From: Lingula anatina
Taxonomy: Eukaryota > Animalia > Brachiopoda
Reading direction: 5' to 3'
Assembly (NCBI GenBank): GCA_051362555.1
Contig: CM120640.1
Coordinates: forward strand, 25,344,225 to 25,408,224
Length of the DNA: 64,000 nt
The notes below the pieces were generated by a model that saw nothing but the letters and a program-made list of their open reading frames with translations, searched no databases and had not been told where the DNA came from. Positions 38,524 through 52,818 of the stretch are shown here, piece by piece. The position numbers were made by a program, and so were the translations under genes. Position 1 is the stretch's first letter. Every line of letters starts with the position of its first letter.

Positions 38524-41500
38524 ATGTCGGACACCGAATTAGGAGCCTCATCAACTTTGGGAGCGGTAAGTGAAAAGAAAATAGAGTATACAGGATGAAT
38601 CTCAGCATAGTACTTAATGCCTCTTGGCAAGTTTAGCTTATATGGGCAATTCGATCATGAAAATTTGACTCGTAAATATGCCCTTCCGTGCAAGCTTCTA
38701 GAGTTTCGTTTGAATGAATAGATGTCATGGGAAGTTAGTTCTTATTTTGCTATGAAGTACTGTTCTAACAGTACACTTACGTAACGTGGCATGTTAAACA
38801 GAAAAAAATCTCTGAGAAAACAGGGATATTGGTCTTTATTACTTCCTTGATGTGTGTATATAAGTCTTTAAATATCGGCTCAAGCATCAAGTTCACTCGT
38901 ACGGCCTGAAAAACTAGGTCAAGCATGCGGGTCACCGGTAAAATTAATGAGAAGCTGCAAACGTGGACGAAATGTCCTCAAGCTGAAGTTACTTTCGAGT
39001 TGATACTCTGAAATTTGACAGTCATCAAATTGTTTTTCTGGCAGTGCTCTCACTTCCGATATCCCGCGTGATCGTATAAATACGTTGTTGTTTATGATCT
39101 ATTTTTAGACACGCTAGAAATAGGTCATAACCGTCCCATGTGGCACTGCCCAGTCGGTTTGTGGTGGCTCACATTGAAACAATTCAGCTTTTCTTCTTTT
39201 TGGAATTGTATTTCATACAGTTTTTGAATTAATCAGCCTTAATTGCTGCCATAGAAATGATGAAATTGAACACTTGCTAAACTAGCAGTATCTTGGAACT
39301 TGTAATAGGTGGTGCTACCAAACCATTAATTGATTATCAAATACCAGGTAGTGAACCCTCTTTCTAAAATAAAGGATATGTTATCATTCAGTATATTCTT
39401 GTCCTTTCTCTGTGTTTTACCAATGGGTTTGTATAGATCACTTAATACTCTTTATTTCTGACTGTATTGTGAATTTGTAAACTTATCACAGCACAGTTTG
39501 ATGTTTTTCTTAGTATTTATTGTATGATCTGGTGTTGGAAATTGGAATATATCGAAAGTGATGAAGGGAAAGAGTCGTTATTTATATTAACTAAATATTA
39601 TTCAGCTAATTTTTTATATGGAAACAAAAAACAGTACAAAATTCAGTAGTGTTATCCTATTTGAAATACTAGATGGAAAATGGCATTTAGCTATAGTTGT
39701 CTTTATTTTTTTTTTTTCAGGGGGATCAACCTGTCCAAAACCAGAAAGACCGCATTGATAAAGAAAAAAATGAAGAGGAAAGAGTTGATGGTGAACAGAA
39801 GGAAGAAAAGCAAACGCCAAAGAAAAGTGCAAAGAAATCTCCAAAAAAAGTAGAGAAGAAAGAACAAAATGATGAGTCAGACGAGGGAGATGAGGAAGAG
39901 TGTAAGAACTTTGAGTACTCTTGCTTGAGGTTTATTTGTGTAATCCTGGCTGTGGTGCTGCAACAAAGATATATCTGAAAAAAAAAACAGTAGTAAAAAT
40001 GGCAGTATTTTATCTACTGAAGTTGCTGACTAGAAAAATCAAACAAAATGACTTCATAGTGAAAAATACTTTATGAATGGCTTCATATGTGTCATTTCAG
40101 TGGGCTTGCTTGAACGTCCAGTCATCATAGAATCAGGCAAGAGAGAAAGAAAGAAAACAGAAAGACTGGAGGCCACATTATCAGTAACTCCAAAAGACAA
40201 GAAAGTGGAAATTAAAGAAGGAGTTGGAATCAAGCTAGGGGCATGTGTAAGAAGTAAGTACTTACAAGCTGTGAAAAAGATCTTGTTTATAAGTGAAGTA
40301 ATATAAACATATTCAAACTGGTCAAATTGTCTGCATTTAATGACATTTATTTATTTATTTATTTATTTGTTTGTTTGTTTGTTTGTTTCGTGTTGTAGCT
40401 TGCATTGTCAAAAACTTAATATATTAAACTATTTCTTCCCTTTCATTGTATTTTTTTTTTTCAAATCACTTGTTCCTCTCTTTCCAGTTGAACATTTTTT
40501 GAATAAAACGAAATCAGAAGAATTAAAACCTTTGCATCGGATTCTGTACAACAGAGTTGGATCCGTGAGTATAAACTTACTGCATTGTTTCTCAGTTTTG
40601 TTTTTTTGTTTGATAGTATTATTTAACATAGTATGCTTATGATTTTTATAATGTCCTTGAACTCATATTTGATTGTGCATTAAATATAGCCAGTAACATG
40701 TTTTTTTATTATTAACTAACTTAATGAGGTTTTGTTGGCGCTAAGAAATATTGAATTATGTGAACATAATTTGCATATCTTTGTACGAGTTTGATAACAT
40801 AATTTACATAGTTTTAGTGTTATATTTTTTTTACTGCTAATACTATTTATATCAGTTTAGTCTTATTTTCATTTAGGCATCAGAGATCAAGAAAAATATC
40901 CGCCAGTTTTCTGGTTTTCCATTTGAAAGTGACTCAACAGAGTTTGAGAAAAAAGTTGCATCTTTAAACAAGTAAGTTTTCTTTCACTTAAAGCCAATAA
41001 AATCAAATGATTATTCACAAAATAACAAAAGACAATAATTGCTTGTGAGTTTGTTCACAGTTGGTATTTAAATACTAGAAGTTGTTAACTAAGTAATTTG
41101 TTCTGACTTGATGAAATATACCATTTTGGTCTGCACGTTATCTTATGGTTTATATTGGTCTATACAGATACCACATACCAGTTTTAAAGCTTATTTGTGA
41201 GGTGTTGGATTTGGAGAAGTCTGGGGCAAAAGATACCATTGTTACACGTATAATGGACTTCCTAATGAATCCCAAGGATTCTGGCAGAGCTCCTCCAGCA
41301 CCTAAGAAAAGTGAGTGGGTGTTATTACTTAAAGGTTATTAATTTTGAAATATTTGTGGTGAATCATTGTGTTTGCTAGCCAAACACATTGAAGGTGCCT
41401 TTCACTTGACTCCACTTCACAAAGTTTTTTAAGTATGTAGATATTCTTTTTGTAGCTATCTAAGAAACTTATGGATCTTTAGGTAGCTAACATATCTCAT

Positions 41501-43196
41501 TGTGTCTCTCTCTCCATTTCTCTCTCTCATCTGTAAACTAGATACAGGTCATAATATTTTTGGCACCCCACTTTGCACTTAAAGTTTTTACTGTAGCCAA
41601 TATATGTTTACTGTATAAAGCTGTTAAATATAGTTAGTGAAATGCGCTAAGGCTCATTGCTCAATTAACTTTACTAAGTTTAGATAATGGGCTATCATAT
41701 TTTAGTAGCATAGGCCAAGTGTCCTCTCTCTCCCCCTCTCTCTCTCTCTCTCTCTCTTGGGACTTTTGGTGACATTCCCATCCTGTTATGTACATTATCT
41801 ACAGTTCTTCATTGCATCAAAACTTCTGGATAGAGAGAGGCAACACCTAATGAAAAAAGTAACTGATCCTTATACAACAGAGAATTAACTTTTAAACATT
41901 GAATCAGACCTTTCCACTTATTACAGGGAAATCTTCGGGTAAAAAAGAAGGCAAGGGAAAGAGAAAAAGGAAATCAGGAGAGAAGAAAAAAGAGAACAAT
42001 GAAGATGCAGATGATGAAGACGATGATGATGATGAGATAAGTGATGAGGAAGAGGATGAAGAAGAGGAGGAGGAGGAAAAGGTGATTGTTTTTTTATTTT
42101 TTTGTATAATGGAGTTTTCTACATTTATAGGTTTGCTACATGTTACAAATGTTCAGTAAGTTACAGAATCCTACAGGGCTCTTTTGTAACCTTTCTTTGC
42201 GGCCATTATATTTTTTTATGGCAAATTAAATTTCTGATTTTCCTTTGAAAGCCTAAAAAGAAACAGAAAGTGGAAAAAACGCCGAAGAAGACTCCACAAA
42301 AGAAACCAAAAAAAGAACCAGCAAAGCCTAAAAAGTCCCCTCTTAAGAAAGCAACCCCGAAGAAAAAGAAAGGTAGGATAATTTAAGCATTAGCATATTT
42401 ACAATGTCACTATATCTCAGATATTAAAACTGCTTATGGTGATCACTCTTCTGGTAGTATGGAATAATTCTAATATCTTCCTGGAAATTTCCTATTTAGC
42501 GCCAGTGTCCACAGATTCAGATGAAGACAGTTCAGATGATGAACCATTGATGAAGAAGCCAAAGGGACCACCAGTGGTGAGATCTTTTTGCTCTCTTACA
42601 TGAATTATGAATGTATTGTGATATCGTCATTGCTTGTGTTTGCTGAGTATTAGTGTCCAGTGCCAACATAACAAATGATATCATTCAAGCTCTTAACTTG
42701 ACTAGCCACTCAGCACAGAAACCATATTTTACACATTTCTTCAACTGATTATTTCAAAAGTGGTCAGTAACCATGTTTATTACAGCTTCTTGATATGGTG
42801 GGTACTAATATACACTAAGGCCATGTTTGTCATCAATTTATTCAAATGCTGGTAACCAATGGGCAGTCATCAAAGATGGTCAAAATTTTATTCATCAAGA
42901 GATTGTCATCAGGGTAACGTTAGATGACTTAAATGCTGAAATTGGGGATATATGACACTGTGTTTATAATATATCCGTACAAAAGGAAGGGTAGAATGCA
43001 CGATTCTGTGTGTATTAAGGGGAAAGGCTGTTCTAAATTTTGGTCTTTACTGACAGTATTTCTAGAATATTTTAATATCCTTTTCATATAGGATGAAGAG
43101 CTTAAAGATGTTATAAAGAAAATCTTAGATGGTGCCAACTTGGAAGAAGTTACCATGAAAACTGTATGTAAACAGGTAGGGATATGTTTTCAATTA

Positions 43197-43244
<48 letters not shown>

Positions 43245-43760
43245 GCAAGCAGGTCGATAGGTAGTAGAATTAATCTTAATTTTGATTTCCTGATATTTTG
43301 CAAGGAAGTCCAAATTTTGCTGCAGGTTCTATTAGATGTGAATCTTGGAACAGATAGGATATAAGATAACAGATGATCTTATCTGAATTTTCAGGTTTAT
43401 GCAAAATACCCAGAGTTTGATCTTACAGACAGGAAAGATTTCATTAAAGCAACAGTACGGCAGGTAATTTATTGCATTTAATAAGGGACGCTAAATTACA
43501 ATTTAATTGCTGAGAACCTGTTTATGCTTCCACTTCAGTGTTATTCTGATAACTAGAATATTTCAAAGTGGCTCATACCATCAATAAAAAAAGCCAACAT
43601 TCTTCTGAATACTTTTTCGCTTGAATTTGAGCAAACAAATCCTTGACTGTCTGTCTTTAAACCTTGTATGAACAGAAAATTCATAGTTTTAGACCTTTTT
43701 TTAAATTCTTTTGAAATTTGAGTGAATTTTTGTTATTTTCTTTTTTAGATCATTTCATGA
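38524..43760 (+). CDS. DEK: Chromatin protein DEK
   Basis: Exons ~38524-38565, 39721-39901, 40101-40253, 40489-40564, 40877-40971, 41169-41310, 41928-42081, 42252-42372, 42500-42576, 43092-43174, 43395-43463, 43749-43760. Motifs: GKRERKKTERL, LKPLHRILY, IKKNIRQFSGFPF, SAP-like LKLICEVLDLEKSG, DSSDDEPL and DEK-C DEELKDVIKKILDGANLEEVTMKTVCKQVYAKYPEFDLTDRKDFIKATVRQIIS*. Confidence 0.95.
43195..43243. repeat. (TTA)n microsatellite in a DEK intron
   Basis: Direct read; it explains the poly-Leu in ORF 43140-43364. Confidence 0.9.
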
Positions 43761-45604
43761 GACTACAACATTACAACTTACATCAATTTAGAGGAAGTGA
43801 CCCAAGGTGTACAAAGTCTGCAGCCCAGTGCCTGTAGTGGTACTGCTATAAAAACATCGGAAAAGTGGATGCTTGAATCAGAATGACAGCAGCAAAAACA
43901 TTCAATGGATGAAGAAAGCATCTCATTCGAGTTGGCTTTTGCCGTTTAGTAGAAAGTGGCAAGGACCAGTGGCTGCTCTTTTATATTTATCGCTAAAAAT
44001 AGGCAGCATTTGCCAGACATTGGTTAGGAGGATTAAAAAGCTGATAGTTATCTAGACTTTTGTCCCAGACTCCATCCTAGAACCAAGAAGAATGTTCTGT
44101 ATATGTAGTTGTAATGCAAATGTCCAGCATTGAAATGTACAGAGTTCTGTAACTCTTTTGTTAAGTTTCCAATGAAGTATGTGATCTACCAGGGTGCACA
44201 TGGTAGTAAATCCAAGTTTCCTATAGTATATATCCTGGCTTGTCAACTTGGCAATTATTGTAGTTCATATACATTACTGAAAATTTCTCATCTATTTTTT
44301 CATCAGTTGTGGCTTTGCTTTTAACTGCGTCTTACATATGGCAATGGGAAGGCACATTGGGTACTTTATTCCAGATCGTCAGTGGCACTGTGAGTTAATC
44401 AACATTTTTTGTCGGGATTTTATTGGGTGCCAAATTACCATGAAAAATGTGGCAGTCCATTTTTGTTATTTAAAGTGAATTTTAGTATAATACGTAAATC
44501 CCAAAGAATTGTCAAGACAACTGAAATTTGTGGCAGATATTATTTTGCCTGTGCTGATAATGTTGGATGTTGTGATGTTTCAGATGAATGTGATCAGTTT
44601 TGTAAAATAATCTTCAGCTAGAAAATCTGTAGGTGTATTTTGTGTTATGACCTGAGAGGTCTCAAAGGTTGATAAAAACCTGCTCTAGCAAGGTCACTCG
44701 TTAAGTGATCTAGAAAATTAAAACAAAGTTCTTAATTTTAATCTGCACAGCAGAAGCCTGTTCTGAAAAATACCATTAGGAAGCCAGAGGACAAACATTT
44801 AAAGATGTTTATTCCTCTGTGAAATTTACCAGTTAAGCTTTGTGCTGTCTAAAAAATTTTATTTTTATATAATGGTGAAAAAAATTTTGACCAGGGTTAC
44901 AATACTGGTGTTTTAAGTGAGTTGGGCAGTATACAGGAAGCAATTCATTTCTTTTAGTTTTTACCTGTAAACTGGTTTTCCATAGCCAACAGCATAACTA
45001 GGTGGCACTTGCAGATGTAAATATAGTTGTAGATTTTTTTATTCAATGTTTTTATCATCCAGTGCTGTACTGTTTAGCCCAGCTTAGCGTGGAGCAGGAT
45101 TTATTGTAAAAAATAAAAGTACCAGTTCTCCATTTTTGCATTTTATTGACTCCGCCCCTATAGCTTTCCTGATAATAACAGTTATGCAGGTGGTATAGTA
45201 GTAGATGCACTACCTTATAACTGAGTTAAACTGACTGTTGCTATATTATGTAAATACACCTATAACAACCACAGTGGAAAAATAGCATTTCTAATGTTTC
45301 ACAAAATGATGCCAAATTGTTGAAATGGAAAATCAAATCAGAAAAAATGTTAATGCCCCCTCTTCTGTTCAGTAACATTGCTGTTCTATAAATAAAAACG
45401 TGGACATAGCAAATAATGTCCAATCCTCTTTAACATTTGCGAGTAACTTATCTTTTGATGCCCTCCGAAACGAGAGAATATTTCATATCTGACTGTTACT
45501 ACGGGGCGATTTATATACATCTATGTTTCCCTGCATTACCAGTACGCTTGTCTACATCATAATACCGCAGACAACCCTTCCCACATACTTGTCTGTACTT
45601 CTCT

Positions 45605-48600
45605 TTATTTTCCAAACATATGATATCCAGACGGCCGAAGTATTGTATCTCTTCCTTTTTTCGTACCTAGAACAACCCTGGAGTCGGTGGTAGGTATTGG
45701 TTCTGGTGTTGTGAGCTCCTGGGTGGTGGTAGGTAGAGGTGTGGTCGTGGTTGAGGTAGTTGTCGCGGTGGTGGTGGTTGTCGTTGGTGTCGTCGTCGTT
45801 GTGGGCAGTTCAGTGGTAGGCGTCGTCGTTGTGAGAACAAAAAGCGGCTTACCTAAACAAACAGTGTTAATATTTATTTATTTATTTATTATTATTGGAA
45901 AAATCTTCATCTTGCAGACGAAAGACTGCTTTTTGAGGAAGCTAAGTTTTAAAAGTGAGACAGTGAATTCAAAATTTATCAGCATCATTTCATTCCGTAC
46001 TCATGGACAACGCTGTTTTCAGGCACCTTACTTAAATTTAGTGCATGTTCTTTCATAAACTAAAAATATAAAAAAGGATAGGTTGCGGATAAAGTCCGAC
46101 ATTTGAGATAAAAAACAACTAAGACTAACGTGTATGACTACGTGTATGAAAGGAAATTGATACATCTAAGTCAAATGAATAACATCTTCGACAAATATAT
46201 TTTAAGTACATGAACAGAAAACGTGACAGAGACAGTGCAAAAATAACAACAAGGATGTCTATAAAAAGAAAGTAATAAAGTTAGGACATGAAGTTATGAT
46301 CTGCATTACCGCCGTCCAATTTCCTGCAGAGATAGGGCTGCTCATCCTCTCCCGTGATACAGTCATGTGTATGGTCACAGAGCCAGGAGAGCGGGATGCA
46401 CTTGCCGCTGTGACACTGAAACTGTTGCCGCGTACATGCCGGACCCCAAGATAGGGTGAGTGGGGCGGGGGTGGCTGGAGTGAAAAACAGGGTGATATGC
46501 ATTGTCTTTAAGATATTATGAGCTGAGAACAATTTCAATTGATGTGAAAGTAAATTTTGGGCTTTTAGACTTTATCACATACGAAATAGGGTTTGACGAA
46601 ATTTATTTAAAAGAGAAAATAATGAAAATACAACTAGTGTCATGTTTATTTTAGTATAAGGTAGTTATATTTTGCCAAGAATGTAGAAAAGAGACAGATT
46701 TACTCGTTGTTATCATAGCACACGTTCTTTCATCTGCTTCCAGCGCATACATCTCTGGACATGAGCAGTGAACCAGGTCTGAGAACACGTTCCAGCTACA
46801 GTAGTCGGAGCATCCCCCATTGTTCAGTCTGCACTTGTCTGCAATAGCTGAAATAAAGACGTCAGAATGTTTGAAAAAAAGCCAATCTACATGTGCCTCG
46901 GTTGGAGCACCTGAGGCAGTCACCATGGTGACCAACCTTGTAGGGCTAACCAGCACCGCCTAGGACTGGCAGGGGAAGTATCCCCCATAATCTTAGTTGG
47001 TCACAATCTTCGTTCCTGTTCTTACGTTATTGATCGATCGACATTCTATAAAAGATAAAACTTGAAAGGACGATTACATGTTGCCAAAAATGATATTTAC
47101 AAGTGCCACAAAGGAAGGCATTAGAGATTTTTACTTCCGTAAAATAAGCTTTAAGTGTGCGAATAGAAATATGGCTGCGGCAGAACATAAATACCACTAA
47201 ACAAATCTGTAAAAAGAATAAACGTAAGGACAGGAAGACAGGCTTGAAACTGCTACAAGTCACATCGCGTAAGGCTCCAGAGGTACGTGCGAATATCATA
47301 TGTGACATCGTTTACGAACAACTTTAAGCGTATGGAAGCACCCTGTTTCCAGCGTACCAATAGACAGTACGTTTAATCCTCAATGGTTTGCCACACAAAG
47401 ATACACGAGTCGAGAGTAAAAAGGCTGTAAATAAATAAGCAAGACTACCAGTTTTGTTCTCAACTGAAATAGATTAACATCCACCTGCAAAGGAAAAAAA
47501 ATTAAAATTCATTTATAATGTAACGGAACAGTGAAATCTTTAAGTTAACCCATTAGCAACTGTATGGTGGCATTGGGCCAGGTTTAGCGGCAATAATTTG
47601 ACATAAGTACTCGTTTAATATGCATCTTTAATCAATGAATCAAAGATGGTAACATCTGTTGTTATTATGCAGGAGTCGTTTGAACATATAATCAATCACA
47701 AATTACTTACAGTCAAAGCTGACGGTTTTGGAAGACACAGTAAACGGTCCCAGCTTGGACTGAAATGTGATCAGATATCTTTGGAGTATTTCGGTGGTTA
47801 AATCGGTGACGTGCAGTCCCATGTCAGTCTTGAATGTGACAATGCATTGGACTTGTATCATAGCGGTCTCGTCAGGACTAGAAGTGAAAAAAAATGTACA
47901 AAACATGGCAACTTAAAAAGCAGAGACACTTTGTTCATCGAAAAAAAAAAACCTTCCAGCAATATTAGCGGAGTAATGTAGTAACATATAGAAACGCATG
48001 ATATAGAAATGAAATGGCATTTAACTACAAATAGACCAGCAATAGCACAATAGCAAGGCAGTATATATGTAAAATGAAAAAGCACTGTATTCAGAAATAG
48101 TATCATTAGGATATATGTTTATTTTTTATCATTTTTCATTCGGTCGAATAAAGTGGCCGTAAATAACCTGAGAGGGGGATCCGGAGAGAGAGAGAGAGAG
48201 AGCTTATCCTACCTGAAATCATTGATCACTACTTTGTCGAAACTAGCTGTGAGAAAACTGTGATGGAAAACAATTTCTAACTGAAAAAATAACAATATGG
48301 TAATCTTATACACTGTAGGTATATTTTTCAGAAAATAAAGTTTTTAGGAAATTTTTGGTTAGGAATACAAAAGGCATACATCTACCCTTTAAAGTTACAC
48401 TAGTTCAATTAATGTTTTAAAAATGTTCAATTGAACTATGAAACTATCAAAGTGGATGTTTGGTTTCAGGAATTCCAAGATTTGTCGCCCTACTCACCAA
48501 TTGTTCCAACTTCTCTTTTAGCATCTGATATTTCTTAGAGAGTGGGCTCTCCAGCTCCAGGGTGTACTTTAAATTCATGATCCTGAAACTCCCAGACGCT

Positions 48601-50180
48601 GCATTCAGAACTGAAAAATCAGTATAATGTTTTTATTAATTAATATATTTATTCGTGATTGACTTTTTAAAATTCATTGAAATGTTGGCGTTTGCCGGAC
48701 AATTTAATAAAGGTAGAGTTACGCACATTTTTAAACAAAATAGGCGTACCCAAGAAAAAAAATTAAAAACGAATGTCATATATAACATGCGTAGAGCGAA
48801 TGTCTTTTTACCGAAAAATAGTGAGTAAAAATTTTAAAAAGTTGGGTTCTTATTGGCTCTTGGGCTCTTATTACATTTGAACTTGCAGCCAATGTTTGCT
48901 TACCTGTGGCGTTTGATTCTGGCTTAAGGACACGATCTGCCACCGAGTATACATTCTTTTCCGCTTGAAGTTCCTGGGGAGAATTAACCACGGCTGCTTC
49001 TTCTTCCTCACTGTCGCTTCCCATTGGAAGGTTTCCTGAAGCAATCAAGAACTATTGTATTGTAGGGGTTTCTAAAAAGATTAAAAAACAGCCGCGTTTT
49101 GAATAAAGTAGAATTTTTCTTCAATCACTTCAGCTGTTGAAGATGCTCAAGATAAACATCGAAATATTGGAGGTAAACAATTTCAATATTAGCTGTTGGT
49201 TGAAGAAAATTTTTACACTTTATTCTCATAGCATAACACAGCTGATGAAATTCTTCTTGACCTCCAATTATTGGGATACAAAACGATATCATATGGATCA
49301 GCCAAAGATAAAAAATATTTTTAATGCCATTTGCCGTATCTGAGTGGCTGGCTAAAATTACGGCAGGTAAAATCTGAAGGGTAGAAAATGTTATCAAATG
49401 TTAGAAAATTTCAAGATATGTGTAAAATGATAATAACAGTCATGAAATATGTTTTTTTAAATCCAAACAAATAATGCATTTCTCTGTCAGCTAAGTATTA
49501 CGCTTTAGTGTTTTTTGGCAAATTGGAGATGCAGAATCAGTGACAAAATGTATAGCAAACGCATAAAAACGTCATCCTTAATACTTTACCTGCAAAATTT
49601 ACCTGTGAAATATAAAGGTACCAATATACCCCATATAATCAACATCAGCACAATGAAGCCTAGTGTAATTTTTGCACATACTCCAAAGTGACAACTTTTG
49701 CTTCTCACAGTTCGATCAAGAAGACTGCTGGTGCTTCTGGAAATATAGACGGTAGGATACGTACCTTTTGGAATTTATGTCTTCTTTATTTTCAGAATTA
49801 ATAAATTGTATTAGCACTGAATTGATATAAAAATACAGTGTGAATTTCACAAATATTTTTGCTTGAAAGAGGGACAGAATAAATATTAAGCTTCCATAAA
49901 GCTTTACTTACGTATAGTAGGACGTTTCTGATCTGGGAAACGTATACACGTTGCTGTCATTATCACTTTTTGTCACGATGTAATCCATCTGATTACCAGC
50001 GGTACCATACACCTTCTTGCTTGTCCCAGTGCCTTGTGTAAAGGAAGCCTCTGTATCCCTGGGCAGGGAAGACACTCTCATAGGTAACTCGAACTGGCCT
50101 GTAGTTCTACTCATGGTGGACTCCGAAACAGATCTTTTTGACTTATCGCTTCTGTTTGATCCATTTGTGTCATAATCCAT
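45605..50180 (-). CDS. Type II membrane protein: cytoplasmic tail, TM, SEA-like, EGF, LDLa, Thr-rich mucin tract; no protease domain
   Basis: Phase-consistent exons ~49912-50180, 49603-49736 ([21 protein letters not shown]), 48904-49035, 48498-48611 ([35 protein letters not shown]-like), 48213-48281, 47710-47878, 46704-46838 ([12 protein letters not shown]...[19 protein letters not shown]), 46310-46476 ([32 protein letters not shown], LDLa), 45605-45852 (poly-Thr/Pro, then TAA). Confidence 0.78.
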
Positions 50181-52818
50181 AATGGATGTCGATAAAATTT
50201 ATACTCGGTTTTTGGACGATTCTTCGAGCTGTAATTTATTTTTTAAAATGTTTGAATTGGACCATCTGGATTGAGAAGACTTAATAATGTATAGCCCTTT
50301 AAACAGATTCAGTCCCAAAAATATATATATTTCTATAAGACTTATTATAAGTCAAGTTGCAACTTATACCCTGAAGTGAATTCAGGTTAGGATGTAAGAT
50401 ATTCAAAGCGTAAAAAAACGACCAGAATTAACTTGCATAATAAAAAGGAAAAAAATCACACAGCAAGGTTATCTTTAAAAGGAACTTTAGAATAACTCCT
50501 GTCATCATGATAGTCAAGCAATAAGCTATGCCTATGAAATATATATTACATGCCGTTGCCTTTACCGAAAATTCAAACTAAATGTTATTATCGCATCCAA
50601 TGCGACACATTAAGCTTTTTACGAAATCTTTGCAAAGAACTTTAAATCTACCCAATTTACCTTTGATCTCTTGCCAGTGACAGCTGGTATATGCCAATAT
50701 TCCTAGTCAATAAATGAAGAATTTGAATGGGCACGATTACCTTTTGGAGAAGGTTTACATTTACATTTGCACTGTAATGGCAGATAAAAGCACAAACAAA
50801 CCTCTTTGTATATGGAAGGCTTAACTAAAATTCAACAACCCTACCTGTGATGAATCTTGGTACCACTAGGAATTCCGATGTCAGCACTAAGAACTTGTCT
50901 TGGGTGTGGTTTGTCGCTGTGCTCTCATGACGCAGCTGTCTCCGACACCTGGACATTTATTACCTGACTGCAACTGACAGCTGTTGCACCACTGATGCTG
51001 CTTGGACTTATATACTACACACACATCTATAGCCAACACTTACCCGTGCCATTCTTTTAAATTAAAATAGATTTAAGATACGTGTAACTATTGATGAGAA
51101 TTGGGGAGAAAGTGTGAAACGATTTTTCAACTTTTGGTCCTGTGAAAGATAAAAGTAGGGGATTTTAAGACACTCACGACTTCACAAAACCTGTCGAAAG
51201 GTTTTGGCCAAGATATATTCTTTCTAGGAACGGATGTTGTTGATTGGGTGAACCCTTTGGAGACCCTGAAGATACTTGCCTGTTAACAATGTTTGACCGC
51301 TTACTTTTTAGATTAATTTTGAATTCAGATGTTTTCAGTTTTTAATCAAATTCTTTAAGCAGTGACAAAGTGAATTTCCTCCGAGTAATGGGATATTAGG
51401 AAATATGGAATCAATTTAAGTTAAAGCTCCAGGGCATTCTTTCAGCGGTGATGACGAATCTAATTATAACAAATAAAAAAGGTTACTGTAACTCAAATCT
51501 ATTGCAAACAAGTGGAAGAGTGAATTTTATTCAGTATTTGTTTCACAAAAAAAAAAAAATCAAAACAAATCGCATAGAAGCTAGGAGTGGCAAGAGATGG
51601 CTAGGTATGACGTTTGTCCCAAACGAAATCGAAATTGATCAAAAACAACATATGTTTGAGTTGACATTGGTGATGACGGGAAAAGTACCATGGAGTATTT
51701 TGCATCGATTTTTAGAATTAATGGGGGATTTTATCTATGGACATATCAGTTAACTTTATTATCTCAATCCTTAACAGAACTACCGTGTTGAAATGCTTTA
51801 ATGTGTATCTTTTTATATGGATGATACATTTTAATGTCTCCCATTTATTAAAGTAAAATACCTTCAATTTTAAACTTTGCGCCTATAGACTCTACCCCAT
51901 CCCATCCCTCTCCATGCTGTACAAAGTCCACAATGTGCATTCAGAGTAAAGTATATCTAAAATTGTATCCAAGGGTGTTTTGTGAGTACTTATTCTATCA
52001 CATACCTATCACATACATATCTATTTTTCAATTCATAAATGCAGAGGAAATGTGCCTATCTTTTTGTACTTATTATTTTTTGTCCAAACAGCTAAAGCTG
52101 TTTTCCAAAGCACAGTTGCAAGTCTGTCACATCTGTATATTGCCATAGTTGAACTATTATTTTCAAGACGAGCTTCGCTGTTGCATTTATCGACTGAAAT
52201 TTGTAAGATTTGTCAGGCGCATTTGAATTGTGTGTCATACAAAACATATCCAAGAAACAACTTCATAGTACTTGTTTCTTTGCAAAATGTGTGGATGAAA
52301 ATTCTATATGCATTTAGTAAAATTTTACTGCATAATATAAGTCGCAAATCACACTGACTGATACAATTTAAACAATGTTACAACATGATTGTTCTAATGT
52401 CACCGAGTTTAGTAAAATAACGATAAAGGCCGGAAATGTAGACAAGCCAACGTTCATCCAACATCTCTAATGGAATTTTACATCGGCATTCAATCAAAAG
52501 CATGACACTAAAATGAATGTTATGGTAGGCCTTTCGTACAAACCCATAAGTGAAGTCACGAAACGGTCAAACCTTCATAAAGATGTATAGGAATGGGGAT
52601 AAGACACCCGCTGGTATCAGGAGCCCCTAAATAGTATGCAGAATTTCATTGTGGGTTTTTCAACATGTTTGTAACAGACTACTAGGGGACCCTGTGGTCT
52701 GAGAGTGGCAAAAAGATACGAGTAGGCTTACATCAGCCGTTACATGATCACGATGCTGACGAGGAAAGCTTCGGGTAACTTTTCTTGGTTTAGTATTAAA
52801 CCAAGTAATGATATTCTA

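Noticed and set aside
39250-42750. Intronic C/D snoRNA candidates in DEK
   Set aside because: C-box-like ATGATGA motifs lack a properly placed CTGA with a terminal stem or any recognisable rRNA guide.
45687-46058. Plus-strand poly-Val ORF
   Set aside because: It is the antisense shadow of the poly-Thr exon of the SEA-domain gene.
52540-52775. Hammerhead-ribozyme-like fragments (GTGA-AG-TCAC-GAAAC; CTGACGAG-GAAA)
   Set aside because: The core elements are not co-located with stems I-III.
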